The position numbers were made by a program, and so were the translations under genes. A DNA stretch of 64,000 bases, taken from the NCBI GenBank assembly GCA_963766735.1, contig CAVYBU010000006.1, positions 64,001 through 128,000 on the forward strand, given 5' to 3'. Shown piece after piece: positions 9,618 to 19,019 of this stretch. The notes under the pieces were generated by a model that was not told the origin of the DNA, did not search any database, and saw only the letters and a program-made list of their open reading frames with translations. Positions within the stretch are counted from its first letter, which is position 1; every line of letters begins with the position of its first letter. This DNA is from an uncultured Chloroflexia bacterium (GTDB lineage Bacteria > Chloroflexota > Limnocylindria > Limnocylindrales > CSP1-4).

Positions 9618-11225
9618 TCAGGCAGCCGCCGCCTCGTCCGGCTCCTCCTGTTCGACCGGTCTGCCACTGGGCAGGTCCCTGGTGAATGCCAGGGAGGCGA
9701 GCGCGATGAGCGCCGCGGCCAGCAGGCCGACCTTGAGCGACCGGATCTGGGCCTGCTCGTAGTCGTCCACGATCGCCTGGGTCGTCGCCTCGTCGAGCCC
9801 GGCCCCCTGCAGGGCGGCCTCGACATCCGCGGAGGCGACGAAGTCGATCCCGGAGGCCGTCGCCTTCTCGATCTGCACGACGACCTCGGCCGGGATGCGG
9901 TCGTCCTGCTGGACGTTGGTCACGAACGCCCCGGTCAGGCCGACCAGCACCAGCGCCCCGATGAGGGCGACGCCGAGCGAGGACCCCAGCTGCTGGCCGG
10001 TGTACTGGAGACCTCCCGCCTCGCCCCGGCCGGACGAATCGACCGAGGACTGGACCACCAGGCCGAGCTGCGACGCGATGAGCCCCATCCCCACGCCGAG
10101 GATGCCCATCGCGGTGGCGAACGCGAGATCCGCCAGGTCCGGCTTGATTGTGGCCAGGAGGGCGAAGCAGGCGAGCGCAACCGTGGCCAGGCCGACCCTC
10201 GTGATCGTGCGGACGGGGTATCGGCCTGCCAGGCGCGAACCGGCTGCTGCCGCGAGGAACATGGCGACCGACGTCGGCAGCATCTTCACGCCCGTCTGGA
10301 AGGCATCGAGGCCGAGCACCAGCTGGAGATAGAGCGGGATGGTGAAGAAGATGCCCATCAGGATCAGGTTCTGCGAGAACAGCCCGATGAGCCCGGAGCG
10401 CAAGGGCGGGATCTTCACGAGGTCGAGGTGCACGAGCGGATCGGTGCCGGCCGCTTCCCGGTGCCGCTGCCACCACACGAACGTCCACAGGAGCACGGCC
10501 CCGCCGGCGATCACGAAGGGAGTCAGCGCGATGCCGAATGGCTCGACCGGCGAGTCCTTGGGCACGATCCAGCCCCACGTGCTCGACTGCAGGACTCCCA
10601 GGACGACGGCGCCCAGGCCGGCGGCGGACAGGAGCGTGCCGACGATGTCCAGCCGCGGCTTCGAACCCGTGCGCACGGCGTCTGCGACGAACTTCGTCAC
10701 GGCGAGGATGCCGATCACGATGACGACCTCTCCGACAAACACGATGCGCCAGGTCAGCTCGGTCGTGGCCCAGCCACCAAGGATGGGGCCGATCGCGATG
10801 CCGGCGCCCGCCACGCCGCCGATGATCGCGTAGGCGGCCTTGCGCTCCGTCCCCTCGAAGTTGCCGGCGATCAGCGCCGCCATCGCCGGCAGCACCAGGG
10901 CCGCGCCGATGCCCTCCAGGATCGACCAGCCCAGGGTGAGCTGGAGGACCGTCTGGGAGACCGCCGTCAGGCCCGACCCGCAGGCGTAGATGACGAGCCC
11001 GATCACGAATGCCCGGCGGCGCCCGATGATGTCGCCGATCTTGCCGCCGGTGAGCATGAACATCGCCATGACCAGGCAGTACAGCGTGATGACCGCCTGG
11101 ATCGTCGTGACCGTGGTATCGAACTCGGCGACCAGCGCGCTGATCGAGACGTTCATGACCGACTGATCGAGGACCATGATGAATTGCGCGCCGGCCAGCG
11201 CCAGCAGGGGCAATCGCCGGTTCAC
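9618..11225 (-). CDS. MFS transporter, DHA2/EmrB-QacA-like (14 TM)
   Basis: QFIMVLDQSVMNV, GGKIGDIIGRRRAF motif A, GPILGGW; start placed at GTG 11225. Confidence 0.9.
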   Translation of the reverse strand: MNRRLPLLALAGAQFIMVLDQSVMNVSISALVAEFDTTVTTIQAVITLYCLVMAMFMLTGGKIGDIIGRRRAFVIGLVIYACGSGLTAVSQTVLQLTLGWSILEGIGAALVLPAMAALIAGNFEGTERKAAYAIIGGVAGAGIAIGPILGGWATTELTWRIVFVGEVVIVIGILAVTKFVADAVRTGSKPRLDIVGTLLSAAGLGAVVLGVLQSSTWGWIVPKDSPVEPFGIALTPFVIAGGAVLLWTFVWWQRHREAAGTDPLVHLDLVKIPPLRSGLIGLFSQNLILMGIFFTIPLYLQLVLGLDAFQTGVKMLPTSVAMFLAAAAGSRLAGRYPVRTITRVGLATVALACFALLATIKPDLADLAFATAMGILGVGMGLIASQLGLVVQSSVDSSGRGEAGGLQYTGQQLGSSLGVALIGALVLVGLTGAFVTNVQQDDRIPAEVVVQIEKATASGIDFVASADVEAALQGAGLDEATTQAIVDDYEQAQIRSLKVGLLAAALIALASLAFTRDLPSGRPVEQEEPDEAAAA

Positions 11226-11324
11226 CAGGTCAATCCTCCAGCCATCGCATCCGTCGTTTCGCAACACGGATCTTCGCACGCGGCGAGAGTCGAGAGTGGC
11301 GCGACCAGCACGACCAGAACACGG

Positions 11325-11393
11325 TCGAGCCCGGGCGGACGATCCACCCGGGCTCGAGGTTCGTGATCGTGTGGGGCCTCCGGATCAGCCGGA
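11325..11393 (-). repeat. Structured intergenic element, copy 1 (long hairpin plus CCGGATCAGCCGG block)
   Basis: TCGAGCCCGGG-N11-CCCGGGCTCGA at 11325-11357; near-identical copy at 27694-27726; second hairpin GGCCTCCGG/CCGGAGGCC at 11375-11397. Confidence 0.75.
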
Positions 11394-11404
11394 GGCCGAG
11401 GGAG

Positions 11405-11587
11405 CTAGAACCGTCCGCGGCGGCCCGGCGTGACGGCCGCGCCGACAACCGCGGCCTTGGCGACGGGCGACGGCCCGGGCTTGACGGCGGCGCCGACGAC
11501 GGCGGCCTTCGCGACGGGCGACGGCCCAGGCTTGACGGCGGCGGTCACGACCGCGGCCTTGGCGATCCGGGAGGGTCTCATCGGCAT
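11405..11587 (-). CDS. 60-aa basic peptide built from ~3 tandem 17-aa repeats (AKAAVVGAAVKPGPSPV)
   Basis: RBS GAAGGAG, ATG 1 nt after the DUF6325 stop; 51-bp repeats differing mostly at synonymous positions. Confidence 0.75.
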   Translation of the reverse strand: MPMRPSRIAKAAVVTAAVKPGPSPVAKAAVVGAAVKPGPSPVAKAAVVGAAVTPGRRGRF

Positions 11588-11588
11588 G

Positions 11589-12047
11589 TCAGGCTCCTTC
11601 TGCCCCGAGGGCCTCGTCGGCCTCGATGGCGGCGATGATCGCCTGGACGGGGATCCGTCCGTTGGCAACCAGTTGACCACCCGCGTGGCGCACGGCCGCT
11701 CCGAACGGCGCCGCCCACAGGTTCTCGAAGACGAGGATCCCGGCCGTGCTGCCGGGGCTCATCGCGTAGGCGAGGTTGTAGATGTCCTCCTCGGCCAGCG
11801 TCTCGGCAAGCTGGGCCTCGATCCCGGCCAGCTCCCCGAGGTCACCGAGGTCGGTGAGCTCCTGGACCGCGACCGAGCCGTCGTTGGCCTTGCCGACGAT
11901 GAGCAGGTCCATGACCCGGATCGTTCCGGAATCGTGGAGCCTGACGAGCTCCGCGAGCGCCTCGCCCGTGAAGTTCGCCTGCCCCGCCGGGAACTCGACG
12001 ACCAGGTAGTCGACGGGCCCCAGCTCGTCGATCGATCTCTCTGTCAT
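11589..12047 (-). CDS. DUF6325 family protein (DUF1269-related)
   Basis: LGPVDYLVVEFP, IRVMDLLIVGK, GILVFENLWAAPFGAAVR, GRIP; RBS GGAGGAG. Confidence 0.85.
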   Translation of the reverse strand: MTERSIDELGPVDYLVVEFPAGQANFTGEALAELVRLHDSGTIRVMDLLIVGKANDGSVAVQELTDLGDLGELAGIEAQLAETLAEEDIYNLAYAMSPGSTAGILVFENLWAAPFGAAVRHAGGQLVANGRIPVQAIIAAIEADEALGAEGA

Positions 12048-12191
12048 GACTCCTCCATCTTTCCGGCGTACTCGCGCCATCGTGGCTACGCTGCGCTCAT
12101 CCGGGCGCCACCGCATCCCACGCTGCGGGTGAAAACCGAGTGTGCCGAGCCCACGGCTCTGCATCGGCCACGGTGTCGTGGTGGCTCTGGA

Positions 12192-14558
12192 TCATTGTCC
12201 CACGTCCATCCGCGGCCGAGGGGGCAAGCCGGGGAACGGTTCGAGCAGGCCGAGATCGATCGCCTGCTGGACGGCCTCGCTGCGGCTCGACGCCCCGAGC
12301 TTGCCGTAGATCGAGATGGCCTGCGTCTTGACCGTGTGCGGGGACAGGAACATGCGCTCGCCGATCTCCTTGAACGTGAGCGGCGTCGACAGGATCGGGA
12401 GCAGCCGTAGCTCAGCGGGGGACAGCGCAGACGACCCGGCGAGGGCGGTGGACGCATCCTTGAGGCGTGTGCGCATCTCGGCGATGCCCGCCGTGAGGGT
12501 TCCGAGAGCGGGGCGCCTGCGGGCGATCGCTTCGGCTTGGGAGACCACGTTTCGCGCGCCCGCCGGATCGGCGATCGCCAGGTAGGCCCGGGCCAGCTCC
12601 AGGAGGGCACCGACTGCGGACCAGGGCCCGGCGTAGGTGGCGAGCGGGCAGACCAGCTGGGCGCGGACGAGCTCGTCGCGCGCGCGCGCCAGGCCACCAC
12701 GATGGATCGCCACGCGCGCCGCCACGGCGTGGGTCATCAGCGACACGGCGAAGTGGCCGAGTCGAGCGCTCGCGAGCACCCCATGGCTCTCGCGGGCAAA
12801 CTCCTCTGCCGCGCCCCAATCGCCCCGTGCGATCGCGAGGCTTGCCCGGTTCGCCCAGGAGACCATGGCACCCGCCATCCCTCCCGCCGACACGGCATCC
12901 GCGAACGCCGCATCGGCGGTCCCGTCGTCACCAAGGAGCAGATGTGCCGAGCCGAGCAGCGTGAGGGCGTTCGTCCGCCAAGGACTGCCCGGCGCCTCCG
13001 CGGCCACGGCAAACGACGCATTGGCGAGCATGTCCTCCGGTCCGTTCCGGGCCATGGCCGCACGCAGCAGCGCCCTCGATGACTCGAAGGACGCGGAGCC
13101 GTCGCCCGGATCGCCGCTATACGTCGAGTGCTCGGCGATGTCCGCCAGGTGCTCGCTGGCCTCCGGCCGTCCGTTGAGGAGGTGGATCCAGGAACCCGCG
13201 ACCGCCAGCGGAGGCCGCCGCGCAAGGGCGGCGTCGTCAAAGCTCCGCAGCCACCGGTCCAGCTTGTCGCCGTGACCGCCGTAAAGGGTGGGCAGGAACG
13301 TGGACACGACGAGCGCGGCGGCGGCGTCCATGTCGTCGCCTCGCAACGCGTGCTCAACGGCGAGCTCGATGCGGTCACCCGTCGCATACCAGGCCGCCGC
13401 TCGGCGATGCAGCTGCGGCACAAGGTCCGGCTCCCGTCGGGCGAGCTCCGCCTGCAGGAACTCGCGCAGGAGGTTGTGGTAGCGGTAGCTGCCCCCGGGT
13501 CCGCCGACCTCGCCGATGAGCTGGTTGGCCTCCGCGAGCGACTCCAGCCGTGCGGCCGCTCCGGGCAGACCGGTGACGGCCGTCGCGACTTGCGGCTCGA
13601 CGACCTCGAGGATCGAGCTCCTGGTGAGGAGCGCGGTGTCGTCGCCGGTCAGACCCGACAGGAACTCGGACCGCAGGTAGTCGGCTATGTAGTCACCCCG
13701 GTCCCGCGAGCCTTCGAGAAGGCTCGCGGACCGACCCGACCGCTTGCCGGCGAGGGTGACGAGGTAGATGCCCGCAGCCCACCCCTCGGTCCGTTCCGCC
13801 AGCGCCCGGACCTCGTCGGGTATCAGGGGGTGGTCGGCGGCAGTGGTCAAGGCCTCCGTCTCGGCGAGGTCCAGGGCAAGCTCGTCCCGCCCGAGCTCGA
13901 GGAGGTCGCGCCCTGCCCGGAACCTCCCGAAGGGGAGGGCCGGTGTGGTCCGTCCCGCCACCGCCACCTGGAACCCGGCGGGGAGGTGGTCGATGAGCGT
14001 CGCCAGGGCGTCGAGACACGTTCGGTCCACGAGACGGTGAATGTCGTCCAGGACGAGCACCGCCGGCCGGCCGATGCGGTGCATCTCGAACGCGAGACGG
14101 GGCACAGCCAGAGCGACGATCCGCGACTCGGGCGCCGCAATGCCCGATCGGATGGATCCATCGACGGGTTGGAGGCGGTCGATGGCGGCGGCGAGGTAGG
14201 CGAGGAAGACGCTCGGGACGTTGTCGAAGTCGTCGAGCGTCAGCCACCCGACGGGGCGATCCTCGCGCGCCGCCCACTCTGCCAGGAGCAGAGTCTTGCC
14301 GTACCCGGGCGGGGCGCTGACCGAGACGACCGAGGCTCGAGGCTCGGCCATCAGAAGGCCGATGAGCCGGTCGCGCGGGATCGTCCCGGGGCGGGGCGCA
14401 GGCGGGAGAAGCTTCGATTCGACCAGGGGGAAGGAGGGTTGGGAGCGCGGATGCGGCTCGGCGTCCGACGGCAGGCCCGACGCCGGGCGCGGCTCGTAGG
14501 CGTTGGCGACGGTCCGGATCCTCGCTGCGGGCGCGGCTGGCTGATGGACGAGACGCAC
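12192..14558 (-). CDS. MalT-like STAND ATPase / LuxR-family transcriptional regulator
   Basis: ESKLLPP, Walker A APPGYGKT, Walker B LVLDDIH, TEGWAAG, YRYHNLLREFL, C-terminal LuxR HTH; start codon uncertain (GTG 14558 chosen). Confidence 0.88.
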   Translation of the reverse strand: MRLVHQPAAPAARIRTVANAYEPRPASGLPSDAEPHPRSQPSFPLVESKLLPPAPRPGTIPRDRLIGLLMAEPRASVVSVSAPPGYGKTLLLAEWAAREDRPVGWLTLDDFDNVPSVFLAYLAAAIDRLQPVDGSIRSGIAAPESRIVALAVPRLAFEMHRIGRPAVLVLDDIHRLVDRTCLDALATLIDHLPAGFQVAVAGRTTPALPFGRFRAGRDLLELGRDELALDLAETEALTTAADHPLIPDEVRALAERTEGWAAGIYLVTLAGKRSGRSASLLEGSRDRGDYIADYLRSEFLSGLTGDDTALLTRSSILEVVEPQVATAVTGLPGAAARLESLAEANQLIGEVGGPGGSYRYHNLLREFLQAELARREPDLVPQLHRRAAAWYATGDRIELAVEHALRGDDMDAAAALVVSTFLPTLYGGHGDKLDRWLRSFDDAALARRPPLAVAGSWIHLLNGRPEASEHLADIAEHSTYSGDPGDGSASFESSRALLRAAMARNGPEDMLANASFAVAAEAPGSPWRTNALTLLGSAHLLLGDDGTADAAFADAVSAGGMAGAMVSWANRASLAIARGDWGAAEEFARESHGVLASARLGHFAVSLMTHAVAARVAIHRGGLARARDELVRAQLVCPLATYAGPWSAVGALLELARAYLAIADPAGARNVVSQAEAIARRRPALGTLTAGIAEMRTRLKDASTALAGSSALSPAELRLLPILSTPLTFKEIGERMFLSPHTVKTQAISIYGKLGASSRSEAVQQAIDLGLLEPFPGLPPRPRMDVGQ

Positions 14559-14610
14559 GATACACGTGTCGAGCTCGGCCCGGCGAAGTGCCAGATGGAC
14601 CGCCGCCGCC

Positions 14611-14997
14611 TCAGGAACGCGCTGGCGGGTCCGTCCGGCCGTGATTGGACGGATCGTTCTCTTCGAGGGCAGCCTCCACGTCGTAGCCTGCGGCCAGCGC
14701 GATCCTTGGGGCCGCCGAGATGACGCGCGCCGACCCCACGGCACCGGCAACTGCCACGACGACGCCGAGGACGTCCTCGAGCGCTGCTCCGGCCCGCTGC
14801 GCCGCAGCGACGGCAACAAGGTACGACGACTGCGGGGCATCCAGCGCCACGAGGGCCCCGATCCGGAGGAGCGCCTCGGTGCGCTCGTCCAGCCGGTGGA
14901 GGCCCGGGTCCTGTTGGCCGGGGTTCGCCATCGCCCCGATCAAACCGGGATCCCCGATCGTCAGCCGGCGGAACGCCTCTTCGGTGGACGGCATCAC
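14611..14997 (-). CDS. Carboxymuconolactone decarboxylase/AhpD-like protein (no Cys)
   Basis: LDERTEALLRIGALVALDAP...GAALEDVLGV...AVGSAR pattern; RBS GAGGAGGG. Confidence 0.75.
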   Translation of the reverse strand: MMPSTEEAFRRLTIGDPGLIGAMANPGQQDPGLHRLDERTEALLRIGALVALDAPQSSYLVAVAAAQRAGAALEDVLGVVVAVAGAVGSARVISAAPRIALAAGYDVEAALEENDPSNHGRTDPPARS

Positions 14998-15213
14998 GTG
15001 ACCCCTCCTCGGGGGTTCTGGCGGCCGAAGGGCGTCATAGCATCGCGTCGGTGGTGACCCACATGAGGTCTGGGTGGAAGTCGTACCCCCAGGGAAGCCC
15101 TGCGTTCTTCCGCCCGAGACGTGTGTCCCTCGTGCGTCGTCATGATCCCGTCTCCAATTCTCGCCCCGGCTGGACGACCCGCCGGGCGGCGCTGATCCCG
15201 GCGCTGCAGACGC

Positions 15214-15768
15214 TCAGTCGTGCTCGTTCCCGGCCACGAACGTCCGGCTCTGGCGTGCCGGCAGCTTCATCCGGTCGGGATCGATGTCATAGCTCCAGGG
15301 CAGGCCGGAGTTCTTCCAGCCGTTCTTCATCCGCATGCCGTCGAAGACGCTCTCGGCGTCCTTGACCTGGCTCCCCTCCATACCGTCGAGGATGTTCCAG
15401 GCATTCGTGAACCCGGCCGCCGCCAACATGTTGATCGCGATCGCGCTGCGGCCACCGGACCGGCACGTGACGAGGATCTTGTCGCCTGTCGCCGCCCAGC
15501 CCTGTACCGCCGCGACGAAATCGGGGTTGAGCTCCCAGCGCAGTGCCTTCTTCTCGGGGTCCCACTCGTACGTCTGGAGCGCGAACGGGATGTTCGTGGC
15601 CATCGGCGCGTGGCCGACGAAGACGAACTCCTCCGGCGTGCGGACGTCGAGGATCTTCAGGCCGGGGTCGGCCTGCCACAGGTCGTAGGCCTCCTTCGCC
15701 GTGACATACAGCCCGAGGCCGGTCTGGCGCGCCGCGGCGATCGTCTCTTGCGGGTGGTTCGCGATCAT
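15214..15768 (-). CDS. Rhodanese-like sulfurtransferase
   Basis: ILDVRTPEEF, GHAPMATNIP, active-site loop CRSGGRS, GWKNSGLPW. Confidence 0.9.
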   Translation of the reverse strand: MIANHPQETIAAARQTGLGLYVTAKEAYDLWQADPGLKILDVRTPEEFVFVGHAPMATNIPFALQTYEWDPEKKALRWELNPDFVAAVQGWAATGDKILVTCRSGGRSAIAINMLAAAGFTNAWNILDGMEGSQVKDAESVFDGMRMKNGWKNSGLPWSYDIDPDRMKLPARQSRTFVAGNEHD

Positions 15769-15828
15769 GGATAGACCCCTTTCTGAAACGGCATGGCGCC
15801 CCTCGGCGCGTGACGAGTCGGTCGTTGC

Positions 15829-17556
15829 TCAACCTGCGGCAAGGCGGGCCTCGATGTGGTGGACGGCGGCATCGACGGTCGGGAACAGGTGGTCTTCACC
15901 GATCTGGTCCAGCAATCCGGTCTTGGCGGCGAACTCCAGGACCGGCTGGTGGACCTCGGCGAAGTCCGTATCGATGCCGCGTTTTCGCAGCCGTCCCACG
16001 AGGCCCTTCAGCATGTCGGAGCTGGTGATGTCCAGGCTGTCCTGCCCGGCGGCGTCGATGAGCACGGCGCGCACCGGCCCATCAGAGTCCTCGAGCAGGC
16101 GCATGATCTGGTCCCGCACCGTCAGGGCATTCGCGTAGTAGAGCTGCGCATCCAGCCGCAGGATCAGGATGCCGGGCACGGGCGCTGCCGCAGGATGCCG
16201 CGTCACGTCGCCGAACGCTCCGGCCTGGTCTGGCATCCTCCCCAGGCGTGAGAGGTGTGGGCGGCTCGATCGGTAGATGATGATGAGCAGTGCGCTCACG
16301 AGGCCGATGAGCATCCCCGGCAGGACGTCGATGAGGATCACGCCCGCGAAGGTCAGCACGCCGAGCGTGAACTCCGTTCGCGACACCAGCCTCGCGGTGT
16401 GCAACTTGCGCGACGCGACGATGTGCCACAGCGCGTGCAGGATCAGCGCTGCGAGGATTGTCTCCGGCAGGTTCGTGAACAGCGGCGTGAGGAACAGGAG
16501 CGTCAGCACGACGGCGGCCCAGGCCACGAGCCCGGAGACCTGTGACCTCCCCCCGGCCCCGTCGTTTACAGCCGACGGCGCCATGCTGCCGCCGGCAACC
16601 TGCCCGCCGAACAGGCCGGTGGCGAAGTTGACGGCGGCATAGGCCCCCAGCTCCGTGTTCGAGTCGATCTCGTAGTCGTGCTTGTCGGCGTACTCGTGGG
16701 CAACGCCAAGAGACTGGCTGAACGTGACGAGCAGCATGGCGATCGCCGGCAGGACCATGATCGGCAGGACGGACAGCGGGACCGCCGGCACGGCGGGGAT
16801 CGGCAGGCCCTGGGGCAGCACGCCGACCACCTCCACGCCATGGGTGGCGCTGAGGTCGAGGACGGAGCTGACGACGATCGACCCGAACAGAACGATCAGC
16901 CCGGCGGGGATCTTCCGGTTCCAGCGCGGCAGGAGAACGAGCAGGGCGAGCGCGGCAATGCCCAGGACAAAGGTGAACCAGTTGGCGTCCGGCAGCTCAC
17001 GCACGATGCCGATCAGCTTCTCGACCGTGTTGCCGGCCGGTTTCTCCACGCCCAGGAGCTTGTTGAGCTGCCCGACCATGACGTATACGGCCAGGCCGGT
17101 GATGAAGCCGTCCAGCACCGGCTTCGAGAGGAACTGGGTGACGAAGCCGAGGCGCGCCAGCCGGGCGACCAGGAACACCGCGCCGACGACGAGGACGAAG
17201 GCGCCCACGTACTGCTGGTAGAGCGCAGGGTCGATGGGCGACCCGCTGGCAACCACGCCGGCCGCGACCATGACGGCCGTCACGGAGGACGCGATCAGGG
17301 CCGCCGACGCCGAGGTCGGCTGGACGAAGACGTGCCGCGAGCTGCCCAGCACCGCATAGACGAGCAGCGAGCACACCAGGGTGTACAGGCCGAACTGGGG
17401 CGGAAGCCCGGCAACACCGGCATAGGCCATCGATTCGGGAACGATGAGTCCCCAGACCGTCAGCCCGGCGATCGCGTCAGCGGTCAGCCAGCTCCGATCG
17501 TAGGCCGGCAGCCACGCGAGGATCGGGATGCTCCGTTTGAGTGTCGGGGTCGTCAC
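15829..17556 (-). CDS. sulP: SulP/SLC26 anion permease with STAS domain (paralog 1)
   Basis: DAIAGLTV..VPESMAYAGVAGLPP, FLSKPVL, STAS LRLDAQLYYANA and DSLDITS. Confidence 0.92.
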   Translation of the reverse strand: MTTPTLKRSIPILAWLPAYDRSWLTADAIAGLTVWGLIVPESMAYAGVAGLPPQFGLYTLVCSLLVYAVLGSSRHVFVQPTSASAALIASSVTAVMVAAGVVASGSPIDPALYQQYVGAFVLVVGAVFLVARLARLGFVTQFLSKPVLDGFITGLAVYVMVGQLNKLLGVEKPAGNTVEKLIGIVRELPDANWFTFVLGIAALALLVLLPRWNRKIPAGLIVLFGSIVVSSVLDLSATHGVEVVGVLPQGLPIPAVPAVPLSVLPIMVLPAIAMLLVTFSQSLGVAHEYADKHDYEIDSNTELGAYAAVNFATGLFGGQVAGGSMAPSAVNDGAGGRSQVSGLVAWAAVVLTLLFLTPLFTNLPETILAALILHALWHIVASRKLHTARLVSRTEFTLGVLTFAGVILIDVLPGMLIGLVSALLIIIYRSSRPHLSRLGRMPDQAGAFGDVTRHPAAAPVPGILILRLDAQLYYANALTVRDQIMRLLEDSDGPVRAVLIDAAGQDSLDITSSDMLKGLVGRLRKRGIDTDFAEVHQPVLEFAAKTGLLDQIGEDHLFPTVDAAVHHIEARLAAG

Positions 17557-17677
17557 TCAGGCGTCCTTGGGAAACAGATCGTGCGCGTGCCGCCGGGACG
17601 CGCATATGGGATCGTGCGGAGGCTCAATCGTGCGGGCGGCCCACTTGTTCCGCCCGCACGAACGCGTGCGGTCCCAG

Positions 17678-18844
17678 CTACCCGAGGCGGATGCCTTCTA
17701 CCTCGAGCCCGCCGCCGTGCGGCAGCTTGCTCCAGCTCCGGCGCGCCCACTCCTCCTTGAGGACCTCCTCCGCCGCCTTCTCCAGGAACTCCGGCCGGGC
17801 CCATGCGTCCACGTCGAAGTCGTTCTTGATGTAGCCGTGCTTGAACATGAAGTCCTTGCCGATCTTGATGGTCTGCATGTTCATTGCGCTCAGGCTCGGC
17901 ACCATGTCGACGTGCTTGATGCCCTGGTACGTGTCCTCGGCATCCAGATAGAACGTCTGGCGGTTGAGGATCGCGCCGGCAGCGCGCTTGTGCTCATTGG
18001 CCCAGCGCCCGACCTTGACCATGGCCTTCATGTAGGCGATGACGAGCTCGGGATGCTCGTCGGCCATCTCCCTGGTGCATGTGATCACCGCGGGGGTGTT
18101 GGCGACCTGGATGGTCCAGTCGGGGTACCGGGACAGGTCCTCGATCATCTTGAGCTGGCCCGTGGCCTCCTGGAGATGCTGGAAGGGCTTGCTCTGGGTG
18201 TAGATGGCGTCGACGACACCGCCGAGCAGCGCCTTCTCGAGCGGGCGGAAGGCAAGGTCGTGCTTGTGGTCGCGGCGCATCCACAGCTCGGACGGGTTGT
18301 TCATCGGCGGGACGAGCATCTCCGGCTTGTCGTACCAGTCGTCCGGGTAGGGAAACTCGACGAGCTCGATGTCGTCCATCGTCATGTCGTGGAGCTTGAG
18401 CATGTTCAGGATGCCCATGTGCTCCTGGATCCGCCACCAGTCGTTCTTGATGGTGTTCAGGCTCTTGCTGATGCCGATCTTCTTGCCCTTGAGGTCCGAC
18501 ATCTTGAAGACGTCGTCACGGGCACGGACGACCATGCAGCCGCCTTCGTAGACCCAGGTCGCTCCCAGCAGCACGGTGCGCCGAAGGTCGGCGTTCACGT
18601 GGATCGGCGGGTAGAGGCCGCCGAAGCGGATCAGGTTGTCGAGGTTGTGGATGTAGTGCGGGTACCAGTTGTTCTCGGGAGCGTGGCGGAAGTAGGCGTA
18701 CTCGACGCCGATCTTCTTGAACTCCTCGCGGCACCAGCCCAGCTCCTGGTCCACGTTGTTGGCGGACACCATGGGGCAGTTGGTGAACCAGACCTCGTTC
18801 CAGTTCAGCGGGACGGTTGTGGAGACTCGGTGTACCTCTGCCAT
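17678..18844 (-). CDS. DszB-like (aryl-sulfinate desulfinase / sulfonate SBP-fold) protein
   Basis: WFTNCP and HYIHNLDNLIRFGGLYPP resemble the DszB catalytic Cys/His/Arg/Gly motifs; LKGKKIG SBP motif; no signal peptide; RBS GAGGAG. Confidence 0.75.
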   Translation of the reverse strand: MAEVHRVSTTVPLNWNEVWFTNCPMVSANNVDQELGWCREEFKKIGVEYAYFRHAPENNWYPHYIHNLDNLIRFGGLYPPIHVNADLRRTVLLGATWVYEGGCMVVRARDDVFKMSDLKGKKIGISKSLNTIKNDWWRIQEHMGILNMLKLHDMTMDDIELVEFPYPDDWYDKPEMLVPPMNNPSELWMRRDHKHDLAFRPLEKALLGGVVDAIYTQSKPFQHLQEATGQLKMIEDLSRYPDWTIQVANTPAVITCTREMADEHPELVIAYMKAMVKVGRWANEHKRAAGAILNRQTFYLDAEDTYQGIKHVDMVPSLSAMNMQTIKIGKDFMFKHGYIKNDFDVDAWARPEFLEKAAEEVLKEEWARRSWSKLPHGGGLEVEGIRLG

Positions 18845-19019
18845 GTTCGGTGCTCCTCGTTCCTTCGTGCTGTTGGCCATCGCCAGTCCCGTCCTGCACG
18901 GCCCGCGCACTGGACCCGAGTCTCGCGTGACTTCCTGCCCCGACTCTGGTCCTCCAGCCGTCGGCCGGCATCGCGCGAATCGCGGCATTCCGTTCCCGCT
19001 CGGGGCGCTCCGCCCAGCC

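Noticed and set aside
11430-11565. 51-bp tandem repeats as a CRISPR array
   Set aside because: Repeats are contiguous with no unique spacers, are in frame in a peptide, and no cas genes are present.
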